64,000 nucleotides of DNA, from IMG/VR virus record IMGVR_UViG_3300032030_002018; one strand, 5' to 3'. The position numbers and the translations under genes were made by a program. The DNA is from a virus (lineage: Duplodnaviria; Caudoviricetes). The notes beneath the pieces were generated by a model that worked only from the letters and a program-made list of their open reading frames with translations, searched no databases and had not been told where the DNA came from. How positions within the stretch are numbered: the stretch's first letter is position 1; each line of letters begins with the position of its first letter. Positions 50,401 through 58,595 of the stretch are shown in pieces.

Positions 50401-50957
50401 TCAACAGAAAGACTCTTGTTTGCACAATATATCGCACTTTCAACTGCAAGCTCAATAACAGAATCGTTGAAAACCTTATCAACATCAATCTGCATTTCGT
50501 TTATGTTTGTAAACGCTGTGCTTGTAGGTGTAATAGTTCCGCTTATAGAATACCCATTTCCACTTATCATATATTCAGGTATTATTTTATGCACATCATT
50601 TCTGAACCTGTCAAGTGATGGACGTTTGCTGTTTATATACTTCTGTATTTCTTCTTTGGCAAGTTCAAAATAATAATCCACAAAGTTTATCTCAGTAGCG
50701 GCTCCGTCGTGCAATATCTTCGTTGGCAAATGCCTTGTCTCCCATAAATCTCCATCATCAATAAGTTCGCTCAAATATACATCATAAGGTTCTTCACTAC
50801 CTTTTTGAACCTTTATCTTCGGCGTATAATATTCTTCTGTACCTATTGACGGTATCTCCTTACCAATACCACCTGCATTATAATCGATTATGGAATAAAT
50901 AACTTTGTTCCTAATGAAGTAAAAATGTGTCCTGTTTAAGTTATCCACAAATTTCAT
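47490..50957 (-). CDS. BspA-type leucine-rich repeat (LRR_5) protein with duplicated N-terminal domain
   Basis: Many IGxxAFxGCxxLxSVTIP repeats; cap ILVPYEAVDAYKQAEGWS; two homologous N-terminal blocks; no signal peptide. Confidence 0.93.
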   Translation of the reverse strand: MKFVDNLNRTHFYFIRNKVIYSIIDYNAGGIGKEIPSIGTEEYYTPKIKVQKGSEEPYDVYLSELIDDGDLWETRHLPTKILHDGAATEINFVDYYFELAKEEIQKYINSKRPSLDRFRNDVHKIIPEYMISGNGYSISGTITPTSTAFTNINEMQIDVDKVFNDSVIELAVESAIYCANKSLSVDNKMLKKSGEDKIRQFIEDENNREPGIEPSISYGKAYMPTLSTNVMKRFYFVRGDVIYRISTSQDNDECGIWAISDEDFMPQITVVMDNECSPNTTYYLDTLISDGDKMEGLKPYKVIAPNISMTYTEYLFALADNALRNIIGKEDLSYDEFVLKAKKIIPNWMIKGVAESVTTNETVQGGIESLLIDLDDKYNTLLIGGSGNDATSCANSQLSLIEEHLKSPITISESDVMKMSLIGITYNVPTKNVDYLILNNNANTNVWKYSLNRVAHTPSETGSTYFKFPQSGSNCVNFCLTENEVKDVCFKGNTGVTKVTVPFDSNGGDWDFVNKYTDSFENPLRKFGANSFSGCTALTEVDITPSVNKKNNTLVGVDTAAFAGCVNLEIFDFEQIQWINERAFEDCSKLTDLNLHNISSLKEGAFYNCSGVNNIYVGDKLTTVGSGVFHGCSGVTSFTCYSDMSSFAENSFSAMTRLNTVFIGGSGSINQNAFKGNTSIQKVTVGNQNIGKSAFSGCTEIDYLRITGRINVNESAFEGCTSLVKPDISGVTGGIGRNAFKGCNGIVSATTQASTIGEGAFSNCSSLTSMVITNISNEIGNAAFSNCNNLSSVTISVPQNKYISIGNAAFSGDTNAVFTSGSLSSVSSISSNAFANNNTITTLNLPHIKKIDSNAFANCTNISSITLNASSYYNSRQISTSAFNGCNNVKRFSTNLKISGDSGFNIGVLAPMTGLSAFTVSGKDNDPGIISGNTLQGRTSLKSVSISSHSISNGVFSGCTGISSLTLAGKVSTIGNNAFDGCIGIKSVVIPNGTTTIGNYAFNGCDSLSSVTFNGMVSNGIGESVFVGTKLRGVNIKAKSIGVSAFKDIATLTSLSLADGLVTINNAAFQGCEGITDVTIPNSVTSIGDNAFNGCSHLVNIRMVSDEPDSVTVGSGTFDTSVEGMRILVPYEAVDAYKQAEGWSVYADYIEGYGS

Positions 50958-50966
50958 TTTATGCCT

Positions 50967-51488
50967 TTATTTTTTAACCTTTATCTCATCACATTCCTCC
51001 TGCAACTTATTCACTTGCTTATAATTGGAATATGCGTTGTTTGTTATATCAATCAAATGAAATGTCTCGTCAGGCATCTCAAATGATTCAATTACCTTGT
51101 TGTTCCCTACATTCCATAATTGTATGCTGTATTTGTTATTAACAATGTCAAGGACAAATTTATAGTTATCAGAACCATATAACCAATATCTGAAACTATG
51201 TATGTTCTTGTCAAAGTTCTTGTTCTGTATGTTATACCCAAATCTTACACTGTTATTCACATTTGAAACAAAATCAGGTATATCATCAGACAATAACGAC
51301 CAACTCTTCTTTCCATCAGTTCTGAAAAACACATTGAAATTATCATATTTCTGCTCAATCCTCACATTATTTATATTATATAATGTGACACCATCACTGT
51401 CGGACACTATTGAAAAGTCCTTTTGAGCCAATGCGCTTGAATTAAACAAGCAAAATGACATTAATAAAAAAACAAATAATTTTCTCAT
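50967..51488 (-). CDS. Secreted hypothetical protein (Sec signal peptide)
   Basis: Likely start MRKLFVFLLMSFCLFNSSALA|QKDF (A-x-A then Q); GATATTTATA at 51507-51516; track start 51545. Confidence 0.75.
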   Translation of the reverse strand: MRKLFVFLLMSFCLFNSSALAQKDFSIVSDSDGVTLYNINNVRIEQKYDNFNVFFRTDGKKSWSLLSDDIPDFVSNVNNSVRFGYNIQNKNFDKNIHSFRYWLYGSDNYKFVLDIVNNKYSIQLWNVGNNKVIESFEMPDETFHLIDITNNAYSNYKQVNKLQEECDEIKVKK

Positions 51489-51588
51489 ATTTTTTCCACT
51501 TTTTACTATAAATATCAAAGATGAATCAAAAATCTTTACTGTCAAACCATATCTTTAACGTTCTTTAACAAAAAATGTTGTGAAAATA

Positions 51589-51620
51589 TTTGGTGGAATA
51601 AAATAAATAGCTTACATTTG
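51589..51620 (+). promoter_or_regulatory. Bacteroidota sigmaA-type promoter (consensus match)
   Basis: TTTG-N20-TACATTTG(C). Confidence 0.8.
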
Positions 51621-51674
51621 CAATGTTTCAAACAAAAATCAAAATTAATAACCAATAAAAAAATTCACAACATT

Positions 51675-52775
51675 ATGGCACACAATCTTGAAATGATTAA
51701 TGGAGTAGCATCTTTCGTAGAGAACGGTAAGAAGGAAATCGCTTGGCACGGTCTTGGAAAACAGTTTGACAGACCACTGTTTGTCGCAGAGGCAATCAAA
51801 GAGTGTAGGGCTGACTACAATGTATCCCTCCAACCAATCGTGGCACTCACACCTGAATTGGTGGAAGCAATGAGCAACGAGAAAATGATTAACGCGGGTG
51901 ACCTCTTCAACTACCTCATCGCAGGCAAGAGGGCAACAATGAGAACAGACCAAAACAAGGCTCTTGGAATTGTTGGGGATTCATATGGAATCGTACAGAA
52001 CATTGACGCGTTCAAGTTCGTTGACCTTATTTGCACTGGAAAACTCGCAGACAGAGACCATACACCTGTCATCGAAACCGCCGGTGTACTTGGACACGGT
52101 GAGAGGGTTTTCGTTTCCGCCAAGTTCCCACAAGACATCATTCTTGACAACAAGGGAGATGACAGAGTTGAAATGTACGTAATGTTCACAACATCTCACG
52201 ATGGAACTGGCGCTGTCAATTGCATTGTAACCCCTGTAAGGGTTGTGTGCAACAACACATTGAGATACGCAATGCAGCACAACTTTGGCAAGTTGTCATT
52301 CAAGCACACAGTGAATGTAATGTCAAGACTTGACCTTGTTGACAAGGAGAACGCTTCTTTCGCTTATCGTGCGCTCAATATGTACGACATCTATAAGAAG
52401 AGCCTTGAGGATTCATTCAACCACCTGAAAGAGGTTAGAATCTCTGACAAGATTCTCCAAAACATCGTTGCAGAGACAATCCTTCCAGAAGAGGCTTGGA
52501 AGGTGTATGTCAACAACAACTTCAACATCGAACACGATGAAATCAGCACAAGGGGAAAGAACCTCTTCAACAATGTGCTTAACTGCATCGAAAACGGTGT
52601 CGGACAAGAGATTGGGGAAAGAGGCACAGGTCTTTGGGCAATCAATGGTATCACATCATACTTCCAAAACGAGGCAAACTTCAAGGATGATGAAATCAAA
52701 ATGGATTCAATCATCAATGGAAATGTTGCAAAGAAGGTTCAAAAGGCTTATGACCTTATAAGTATGGCTGCATAA
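51675..52775 (+). CDS. DUF932/DUF945 family phage/plasmid protein
   Basis: MAHNLE..AWHGLG..LGIVGDSYGIVQNIDAF..ETAGVLGHGERVF..SHDGTG..TPVRVVCNNTL; ATG 51675 likelier than track TTG 51618. Confidence 0.9.
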   Translation: MAHNLEMINGVASFVENGKKEIAWHGLGKQFDRPLFVAEAIKECRADYNVSLQPIVALTPELVEAMSNEKMINAGDLFNYLIAGKRATMRTDQNKALGIVGDSYGIVQNIDAFKFVDLICTGKLADRDHTPVIETAGVLGHGERVFVSAKFPQDIILDNKGDDRVEMYVMFTTSHDGTGAVNCIVTPVRVVCNNTLRYAMQHNFGKLSFKHTVNVMSRLDLVDKENASFAYRALNMYDIYKKSLEDSFNHLKEVRISDKILQNIVAETILPEEAWKVYVNNNFNIEHDEISTRGKNLFNNVLNCIENGVGQEIGERGTGLWAINGITSYFQNEANFKDDEIKMDSIINGNVAKKVQKAYDLISMAA

Positions 52776-52792
52776 CATACAATAACAAAAAG

Positions 52793-52830
52793 AAAAGCAC
52801 CCCAAAAACGGGGTGCTTTTTATTTTTTTT
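52793..52830 (+). terminator. Intrinsic terminator
   Basis: AAAAGCACCCC-aaaaac-GGGGTGCTTTT plus T-tract. Confidence 0.9.
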
Positions 52831-52839
52831 CTTAAAAAA

Positions 52840-52871
52840 TTTGGTTTTTACAAATATTTCATATATCTTTG
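52840..52871 (+). promoter_or_regulatory. Bacteroidota sigmaA-type promoter (consensus match)
   Basis: TTTG-N20-TATCTTTG(C). Confidence 0.8.
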
Positions 52872-52903
52872 CATTGATAATTTTATAAAAACAATAATAT
52901 ATA

Positions 52904-53137
52904 ATGCCAAAATGTTGGAGATGTGACCAAGAATTAATATGTTCAGGTAATTTTATGGCAAGCGAATGTGGATTCTCTGATTCAGAAGAAGAAGATAGAG
53001 ATGCAATAGTGACAGACTATTCCTGTCCTTATTGCGGTGCATATTATCAAGTTGTTGATACGCCAGAATCAGAAAAAGAACACTATAAATACTGGAACGA
53101 ATATTGGAAAAATCAAGAAAATAATGAAAATGAATGA
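52904..53137 (+). CDS. Small zinc-ribbon protein
   Basis: CWRC...CPYC. Confidence 0.8.
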   Translation: MPKCWRCDQELICSGNFMASECGFSDSEEEDRDAIVTDYSCPYCGAYYQVVDTPESEKEHYKYWNEYWKNQENNENE

Positions 53138-53204
53138 TTTTTTGAATTTTATGTGATATTTATTAGAGATATATAAATTTTTTATTATTTAAATTGAGAG
53201 AGAA

Positions 53205-53381
53205 ATGAAAAAGTTAGTTTTAGTTGCATTTGCGCTTGTTGCATTTGCATTTTCTTCTTGTGAAGGATGCGGTGGTACCGCAGTAGTAGAGAACGATACT
53301 GTAAGTGTTGATACAGTTGTTGTAGAAGACACAGTTGATACAGTTGAATTTGACACAGTTGAAGTTGATTCTGTTCTTTAA
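53205..53381 (+). CDS. Small lipoprotein with six D(S/T)V motifs (58 aa), below ORF-track cutoff
   Basis: MKKLVLVAFALVAFAFSS|CEGCGGTAVVENDTVSVDTVVVEDTVDTVEFDTVEVDSVL*; GATATTTATT at 53155-53164. Confidence 0.85.
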   Translation: MKKLVLVAFALVAFAFSSCEGCGGTAVVENDTVSVDTVVVEDTVDTVEFDTVEVDSVL

Positions 53382-53489
53382 TTCACAAAGAAGAATTCAA
53401 CATTGATGTTGGAAGGACGCCTGATAAATTATTAACAGACGCCCTTTGTTTTTTTATGTGGGTATATTTGAACAAAAATATTTGAAAAA

Positions 53490-53651
53490 ATGAATTATTT
53501 AATCAATACAGCAATATTTGTTAGAAACATTGTTGGTAATGTTTTTCACTACAAAAGACTTGAAAAAAATGGATTTGGATTTAAACGTATGCTTCAATAT
53601 GAATGGAAAAATTTCAAAAAAAGAAATACCTACGAATATTATGAGACGTGA
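53490..53651 (+). CDS. Hypothetical protein (53 aa), below ORF-track cutoff
   Basis: MNYLINTAIFVRNIVGNVFHYKRLEKNGFGFKRMLQYEWKNFKKRNTYEYYET*; TATATTTG upstream and terminator right after the stop. Confidence 0.55.
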   Translation: MNYLINTAIFVRNIVGNVFHYKRLEKNGFGFKRMLQYEWKNFKKRNTYEYYET

Positions 53652-53652
53652 A

Positions 53653-53684
53653 AATGAGCAGTCAATATTATGGCTGCTCATTTT
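53653..53684. terminator. Bidirectional terminator
   Basis: AATGAGCAGTCA-atatta-TGGCTGCTCATT. Confidence 0.8.
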
Positions 53685-53686
53685 CC

Positions 53687-54640
53687 TTATGATATTCTCA
53701 CATATTCTGACAATATATCATTTATCTTATTCTGTGCCTCATACAGTTCCTCAACCTTGCCACAGACAATTGGCGGACTATAATGTGGATGATGTTCGTG
53801 TGTCATAAACGCCGCAACAAACAAATTGAGAAAATCAACCAATTTATCGCCAAGCGGCACCTGATGCAAATTGTCCATTAATTTTGATAGGTCTTCTGTC
53901 TTTATTAATGTATTTCTATCTGTCCTATTAACGTCAATAGTGTCGTCAGAAATACCAATAAGGTTAATCTTGTCAGCAGCAATGTTGACCATACTGTTTG
54001 CGAACTTTGACTTTCCTTTCTTATCACTTCCAGAAGACAACCCCCATCCATATTTCAATTGAATGTAAGCAGGGTCAATGTCATTGAAAATAACCCTTCC
54101 TTTCAACCCTTTGTCAAGTTCTTCATTTCCTGTTGTCGTATCACTATATCCCCTTATACCACAACGCAATGTAAGTTCCTCTGCATTAGCACCATATGAA
54201 GGTTTCATTGTAATGTCCTGTCCTTCCCTTCCGACCATTGAAACACTTCCCTTTTCAGGAAATGAACCGTCAGTCATCTCTCCATAATTGGATAATCTCG
54301 GTAATATATGATATCCAATACCTTTTTGGAATAAAGAAGTTGCTGGACCGGTATCATTGTTATGGCTGCACATATCCTGATATTGTGGCTGGGATATTAC
54401 AGGTCCGATATAGAACCTATCACTGTTCTTGTTGTCAGAATTAGCCAATATAACAAGAACACACTCGCCAATCTTTGGAACACATTGGAATACCTTTGGT
54501 AACAAAGGAAATGCCCAACAAGAAGGCGGTTCTTTCTTGTCACCATCCTGAGATAATTTAACCTTTACCCTAAGACCATCATATTCGTCGTCAATATCCT
54601 CTACTTCTCCGAATTTGATTATGTTATGCTTGTTTACCAT
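53687..54640 (-). CDS. Baseplate hub/central spike (gp5/gpV-like)
   Basis: N-terminal OB fold GEVEDIDD..RVKV..WAFPLLP..PKIGECV..RFYIGP; C-terminal LGDKL..THEH metal-binding apex. Confidence 0.8.
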   Translation of the reverse strand: MVNKHNIIKFGEVEDIDDEYDGLRVKVKLSQDGDKKEPPSCWAFPLLPKVFQCVPKIGECVLVILANSDNKNSDRFYIGPVISQPQYQDMCSHNNDTGPATSLFQKGIGYHILPRLSNYGEMTDGSFPEKGSVSMVGREGQDITMKPSYGANAEELTLRCGIRGYSDTTTGNEELDKGLKGRVIFNDIDPAYIQLKYGWGLSSGSDKKGKSKFANSMVNIAADKINLIGISDDTIDVNRTDRNTLIKTEDLSKLMDNLHQVPLGDKLVDFLNLFVAAFMTHEHHPHYSPPIVCGKVEELYEAQNKINDILSEYVRIS

Positions 54641-54840
54641 TGTCTACGATTGTTTATTTCTTCCTTTATCAAAAGATATTCGTCGTTTAACTCTTTCAAT
54701 TTCTCCATTATTGACAAAGCTTCTTCCCTTTTTTTATTATAAGCATTTTCCAATTTCAATGACTCAATATTAAGTTCAGCATTTGTCATTTTCTTGTATT
54801 CATTTTTCTTTGCCATTGTTACCTTATAATATTGTAGCAC
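54634..54840 (-). CDS. Small coiled-coil protein
   Basis: 68 aa in operon. Confidence 0.65.
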   Translation of the reverse strand: MLQYYKVTMAKKNEYKKMTNAELNIESLKLENAYNKKREEALSIMEKLKELNDEYLLIKEEINNRRQW

Positions 54841-55216
54841 TACCCCCAGCAGGGTTTATATTAAATCCTTGTATAAACACGGGTCCTCCTGAATTAGCAC
54901 CCCATCCAATAATCCCAATGCCACCAACTGGAATACCAAGTTGTACATTGGTATCCTGTCTTATTGCCCTGAATATCTCTTCCACAATGGCATTAACTAA
55001 CGCAACACCTCTGTTTTGAGAACCATCTGGGGCAGGACCAGTTTCAATGCCAATTTCATTCATCTTAGCAATGATATTACCAGTTGACTTTATTGTCGAA
55101 AGACCTGGTCTACATATCCCTGCAAGCGATATTAGGAAAGGCGGTATTATACTTGTCGGTTTTGTTATACCGTCAAGCAAGTTATTAATTGGTTCAAGAA
55201 TTGACTTAATTAGCAT
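54824..55216 (-). CDS. Putative baseplate spike-associated small protein
   Basis: 130 aa, RPGLS..GANSGGPV, near the spike gene. Confidence 0.55.
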   Translation of the reverse strand: MLIKSILEPINNLLDGITKPTSIIPPFLISLAGICRPGLSTIKSTGNIIAKMNEIGIETGPAPDGSQNRGVALVNAIVEEIFRAIRQDTNVQLGIPVGGIGIIGWGANSGGPVFIQGFNINPAGGSATIL

Positions 55217-55220
55217 AATT

Positions 55221-58163
55221 TCAACAGTTTGTATTTAATGGTTTATCTTCATCTCCGTATAAATCTGTATCAAATATATCAGCATAATTGACATTATCAA
55301 GTACAGTTGGAAGGTCTGTATTCGTATTCTTTATAAGTTTTCTCAGTTTCTTGAAAATTGAACCCACAATAGGAGCATAAGCACCGAATAAGTTCTTCGC
55401 ACAATTGAAAGAGCTGTATAATTGTAATAACAACCTATACACATCCATAAATGCCTGTAATTGCTCCATAACTATCTTTTTAGACAGTTCTAATACTATT
55501 TGTCTGATATAATCAAGAATAAGTTCTGTAAGTTTCCTGATTATCATCTCAACAATTTCCCTCGCAATAGCAACAACAACACCCTTCATAGCATTAAGAA
55601 GGTTCTCAACTGTAATGTCAGATATGGAATCCGTTAAATTGTTTATCGTTAATTCCTCTCTTCCTCTCAATGTGTCGTTGACTTTCTTTCCGCCTAAAAG
55701 ACGTTGATTGACATATAATATAAGAAGCATTTTTGGAGTTATCAACGATTCCATAAGTATTGACGTGAGATTTGTTACAAGTGACAATACAAATTTAATC
55801 CTTATCTGCCTTCTGTCCTGTAACGCAACACTGCTTTGGTCAATAACATTAGCCATCGAAGCCTCTATGGCATTGTGTATCACAGTTTTCTGCATATCAA
55901 GAGTTGCAGAATCATCATATAATGAATCTAATAGAGAATCAATATTTGTATTTCCATTGTATTCATTATAATTATAATCAGTTCCAAAATACCTTGCATT
56001 CTCAGAGTCGCGTAACATTCTGTCATAATCATCATTTGAGAAACGATAGAAACAACTGTAGATTTCCTCATCCTCTTCCATAATGATTTGTCTTACAATA
56101 TTTTGTATTCTTTGAGATTGATTATTATAACTATATTTGTTATGGTCGTTATGCACTTCCAAAGACAACCCAGGATAGATTTCAACCCTGACAGCGTTTA
56201 ACAGTCTTTTTGCCACAACACCTGGTTCAAATAACCTCTGACTCATTATATAGTCATAATTGAACTCATATACTGTCAAACCATTATAACATTCAACAAA
56301 ATGTTTTGAGAAATTATTAGGTAATATATTCTTTGTTTCCTCTGTGTCACCACCAAGATTATATTCGCCAGTTTTTTTATTAACATACAACATACAATGG
56401 TCGTCGTCTTCTCCAACCATATATTTTGCATATATTTCTGATTCTGATGCCGTTGACGCTTCCTCTTCTTCCTTTTCACTCAACCATCTTGTCAATAACG
56501 CGCATAATCTTATGTCAGAATCATTCATTATATCATTAACATCATCGTTTCTGGCGTATGCTATCAACGCATTCAAATATGCCGTTGACTGTTCTTCCTC
56601 TGTTGTCAGATAAGCGTTTTTTAACGCCTTTAAAATATCATCATCTGTAAATGATTTATATTCTTCTTCATCAGCGTCCGTCCTGTTTAAGAACGCTGTT
56701 ATATCAAGATATTTTATAATTACCTCTGGATGTTCATCAATGTAATCTTTTGTGGATTGCTCCATCATAGTAACTTGTACTCTTCTCACATATGGTGTGC
56801 CAGAAGATGTTGTAGCATCGGTTGGTAATGAGAATCTTCCTTTCTTATCCTGAACGCCAAATTTATTGAATAGTATTTTCTTTATCTTACCTGTTAATCC
56901 TCCATATGGAGCATACACAAATGGTTTTGGTAAAACTGTAACCCTCAACATTTCCTCTGTGTATCTATTTCCGTTAGAACTATCAGCATAAGGTCTTATA
57001 TATTCAACATTACATATACCATCCTCCTTATTGTAATCGTTCTTATCATCTGGCAATCCAAGGTTTCTATTGAAATACTTTGATTTATCCGCATACCAGT
57101 TAAGGCTTGTCCAATCACTCGATATTGGCATAATAAGTTCTGATGTCGGTTGTTTCGTTATACCATTGTCGTATGTTTTGCTATAACACATACTTATAAC
57201 ATTTCCGGCGCCTCTTGAAGTGAACACCTGTCCTTCAGTAATCCTGTCTTCATTATAGTCTTCATTATACACTGGATTTGCGACAATTGAAGACAGTAAT
57301 GTATTGCCATTAACCTTATACTTAAAATTAGTGTTTGGATAATAAAAGAACGGAGCATCATCACCTTCCGTTTGTATTTCAATGCCAGTAGGTGATGGAA
57401 ATCTCCCCTTATGTATAAGATACCACAGGAATGCGTTGAAATCATCAGCACGAGATAGTTTATGTGTTGATTTTTTCAATCCATTTGCATAATACGCGCC
57501 GAAATAGTTGTCCTTTCCATCTCCCCAAGGACTTGTATGCAATATACCTTCAGGGTCGATTGAATTGACATTAACCAATATTCCCCTACTATAAGCAGGG
57601 TTATTTTCGATGATATCGTATATATAATCCTCAAAATACTTGTTGGTCTTCTTTCTCAATTTCTTTGGAATACGTGGGTCAGCAACACAGGAAATTGTTT
57701 CCTTAAGTTTTGCAAGCAACACTCCCTTCACTCCAATTTCAATTGAAGGTAATGCCACAACCAACATATCACAGAGCCAGTTTATTATTTTCTCATCAGT
57801 AACTCCAACCCTGTTAAGTATTTGCAATAGGACATACATAGGACTCTGCAACAATGCCGATATATCACCGTCAACAAATTCTCCAAGATAATAGTCTATA
57901 GTCGGCAATTTATTCAACACACATATAGCACTGTCCAACTTTGAATAAACCTCAGATTGTGCCTTTCTTGCGGATTCTGTTATTGATTTCTTTTTTGTCG
58001 GAACATTGCTTATTGGATTTGTAACGGGCATATTATTTCCTATCGAAGGACTTTCAGAAGTATTCACATTTGTGAAATTGTTGTTCTCCGATAGTTTTGT
58101 GTTATATTCACCAGTCCAATAATCGCTGCTTCTTTTTGATGTGTCGAGTATTGTTGCCATCAA
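55221..58163 (-). CDS. Large putative virion protein
   Basis: 980 aa in late operon; hydrophobic helical termini. Confidence 0.65.
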   Translation of the reverse strand: MMATILDTSKRSSDYWTGEYNTKLSENNNFTNVNTSESPSIGNNMPVTNPISNVPTKKKSITESARKAQSEVYSKLDSAICVLNKLPTIDYYLGEFVDGDISALLQSPMYVLLQILNRVGVTDEKIINWLCDMLVVALPSIEIGVKGVLLAKLKETISCVADPRIPKKLRKKTNKYFEDYIYDIIENNPAYSRGILVNVNSIDPEGILHTSPWGDGKDNYFGAYYANGLKKSTHKLSRADDFNAFLWYLIHKGRFPSPTGIEIQTEGDDAPFFYYPNTNFKYKVNGNTLLSSIVANPVYNEDYNEDRITEGQVFTSRGAGNVISMCYSKTYDNGITKQPTSELIMPISSDWTSLNWYADKSKYFNRNLGLPDDKNDYNKEDGICNVEYIRPYADSSNGNRYTEEMLRVTVLPKPFVYAPYGGLTGKIKKILFNKFGVQDKKGRFSLPTDATTSSGTPYVRRVQVTMMEQSTKDYIDEHPEVIIKYLDITAFLNRTDADEEEYKSFTDDDILKALKNAYLTTEEEQSTAYLNALIAYARNDDVNDIMNDSDIRLCALLTRWLSEKEEEEASTASESEIYAKYMVGEDDDHCMLYVNKKTGEYNLGGDTEETKNILPNNFSKHFVECYNGLTVYEFNYDYIMSQRLFEPGVVAKRLLNAVRVEIYPGLSLEVHNDHNKYSYNNQSQRIQNIVRQIIMEEDEEIYSCFYRFSNDDYDRMLRDSENARYFGTDYNYNEYNGNTNIDSLLDSLYDDSATLDMQKTVIHNAIEASMANVIDQSSVALQDRRQIRIKFVLSLVTNLTSILMESLITPKMLLILYVNQRLLGGKKVNDTLRGREELTINNLTDSISDITVENLLNAMKGVVVAIAREIVEMIIRKLTELILDYIRQIVLELSKKIVMEQLQAFMDVYRLLLQLYSSFNCAKNLFGAYAPIVGSIFKKLRKLIKNTNTDLPTVLDNVNYADIFDTDLYGDEDKPLNTNC

Positions 58164-58167
58164 TCAA

Positions 58168-58563
58168 TTACTTTTTCAATGTTATCTTTTTTGGCTCTTT
58201 ATTATCAGTATATGACGAATCAACCATTTCCTTTATCTTTGCGAAATCGAAATTCATCTTTCCTCCCTGCTGTTCAGTGACTTGTCCTTTTGATTTCTTA
58301 CCGGATTCAAGTATCTCAGCCAGAAGTTTAGCCACATCCATTTTCTTTCCAATAGCCTTGTCTTTGATTGTCATATAATCATTCATAGCCTTGGAATACT
58401 TTTGCTTTGCATCCATAACTTCCTCTTCAAGTTTTGTCGAGTTTGCCAATTTATCCATCTCGTTCTGCGCCTGAATTAACTGTTCATCTGCAAGTCTGTA
58501 AGCCTCCTGTAACAATTGTTTTATATTATCAGGAGAATATAATTCCACTTTATATTTAGCCAT
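58168..58563 (-). CDS. Hypothetical helical late protein
   Basis: 131 aa; GATATTTATA at 58588-58597. Confidence 0.75.
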   Translation of the reverse strand: MAKYKVELYSPDNIKQLLQEAYRLADEQLIQAQNEMDKLANSTKLEEEVMDAKQKYSKAMNDYMTIKDKAIGKKMDVAKLLAEILESGKKSKGQVTEQQGGKMNFDFAKIKEMVDSSYTDNKEPKKITLKK

Positions 58564-58595
58564 TTTCGTAAAATTGTTTTATACCCATATAAATA

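Noticed and set aside
53415-53444. Imperfect hairpin after the lipoprotein gene as an ncRNA
   Set aside because: It pairs well only on the minus strand via G-U and has no further structure; most simply a weak terminator.
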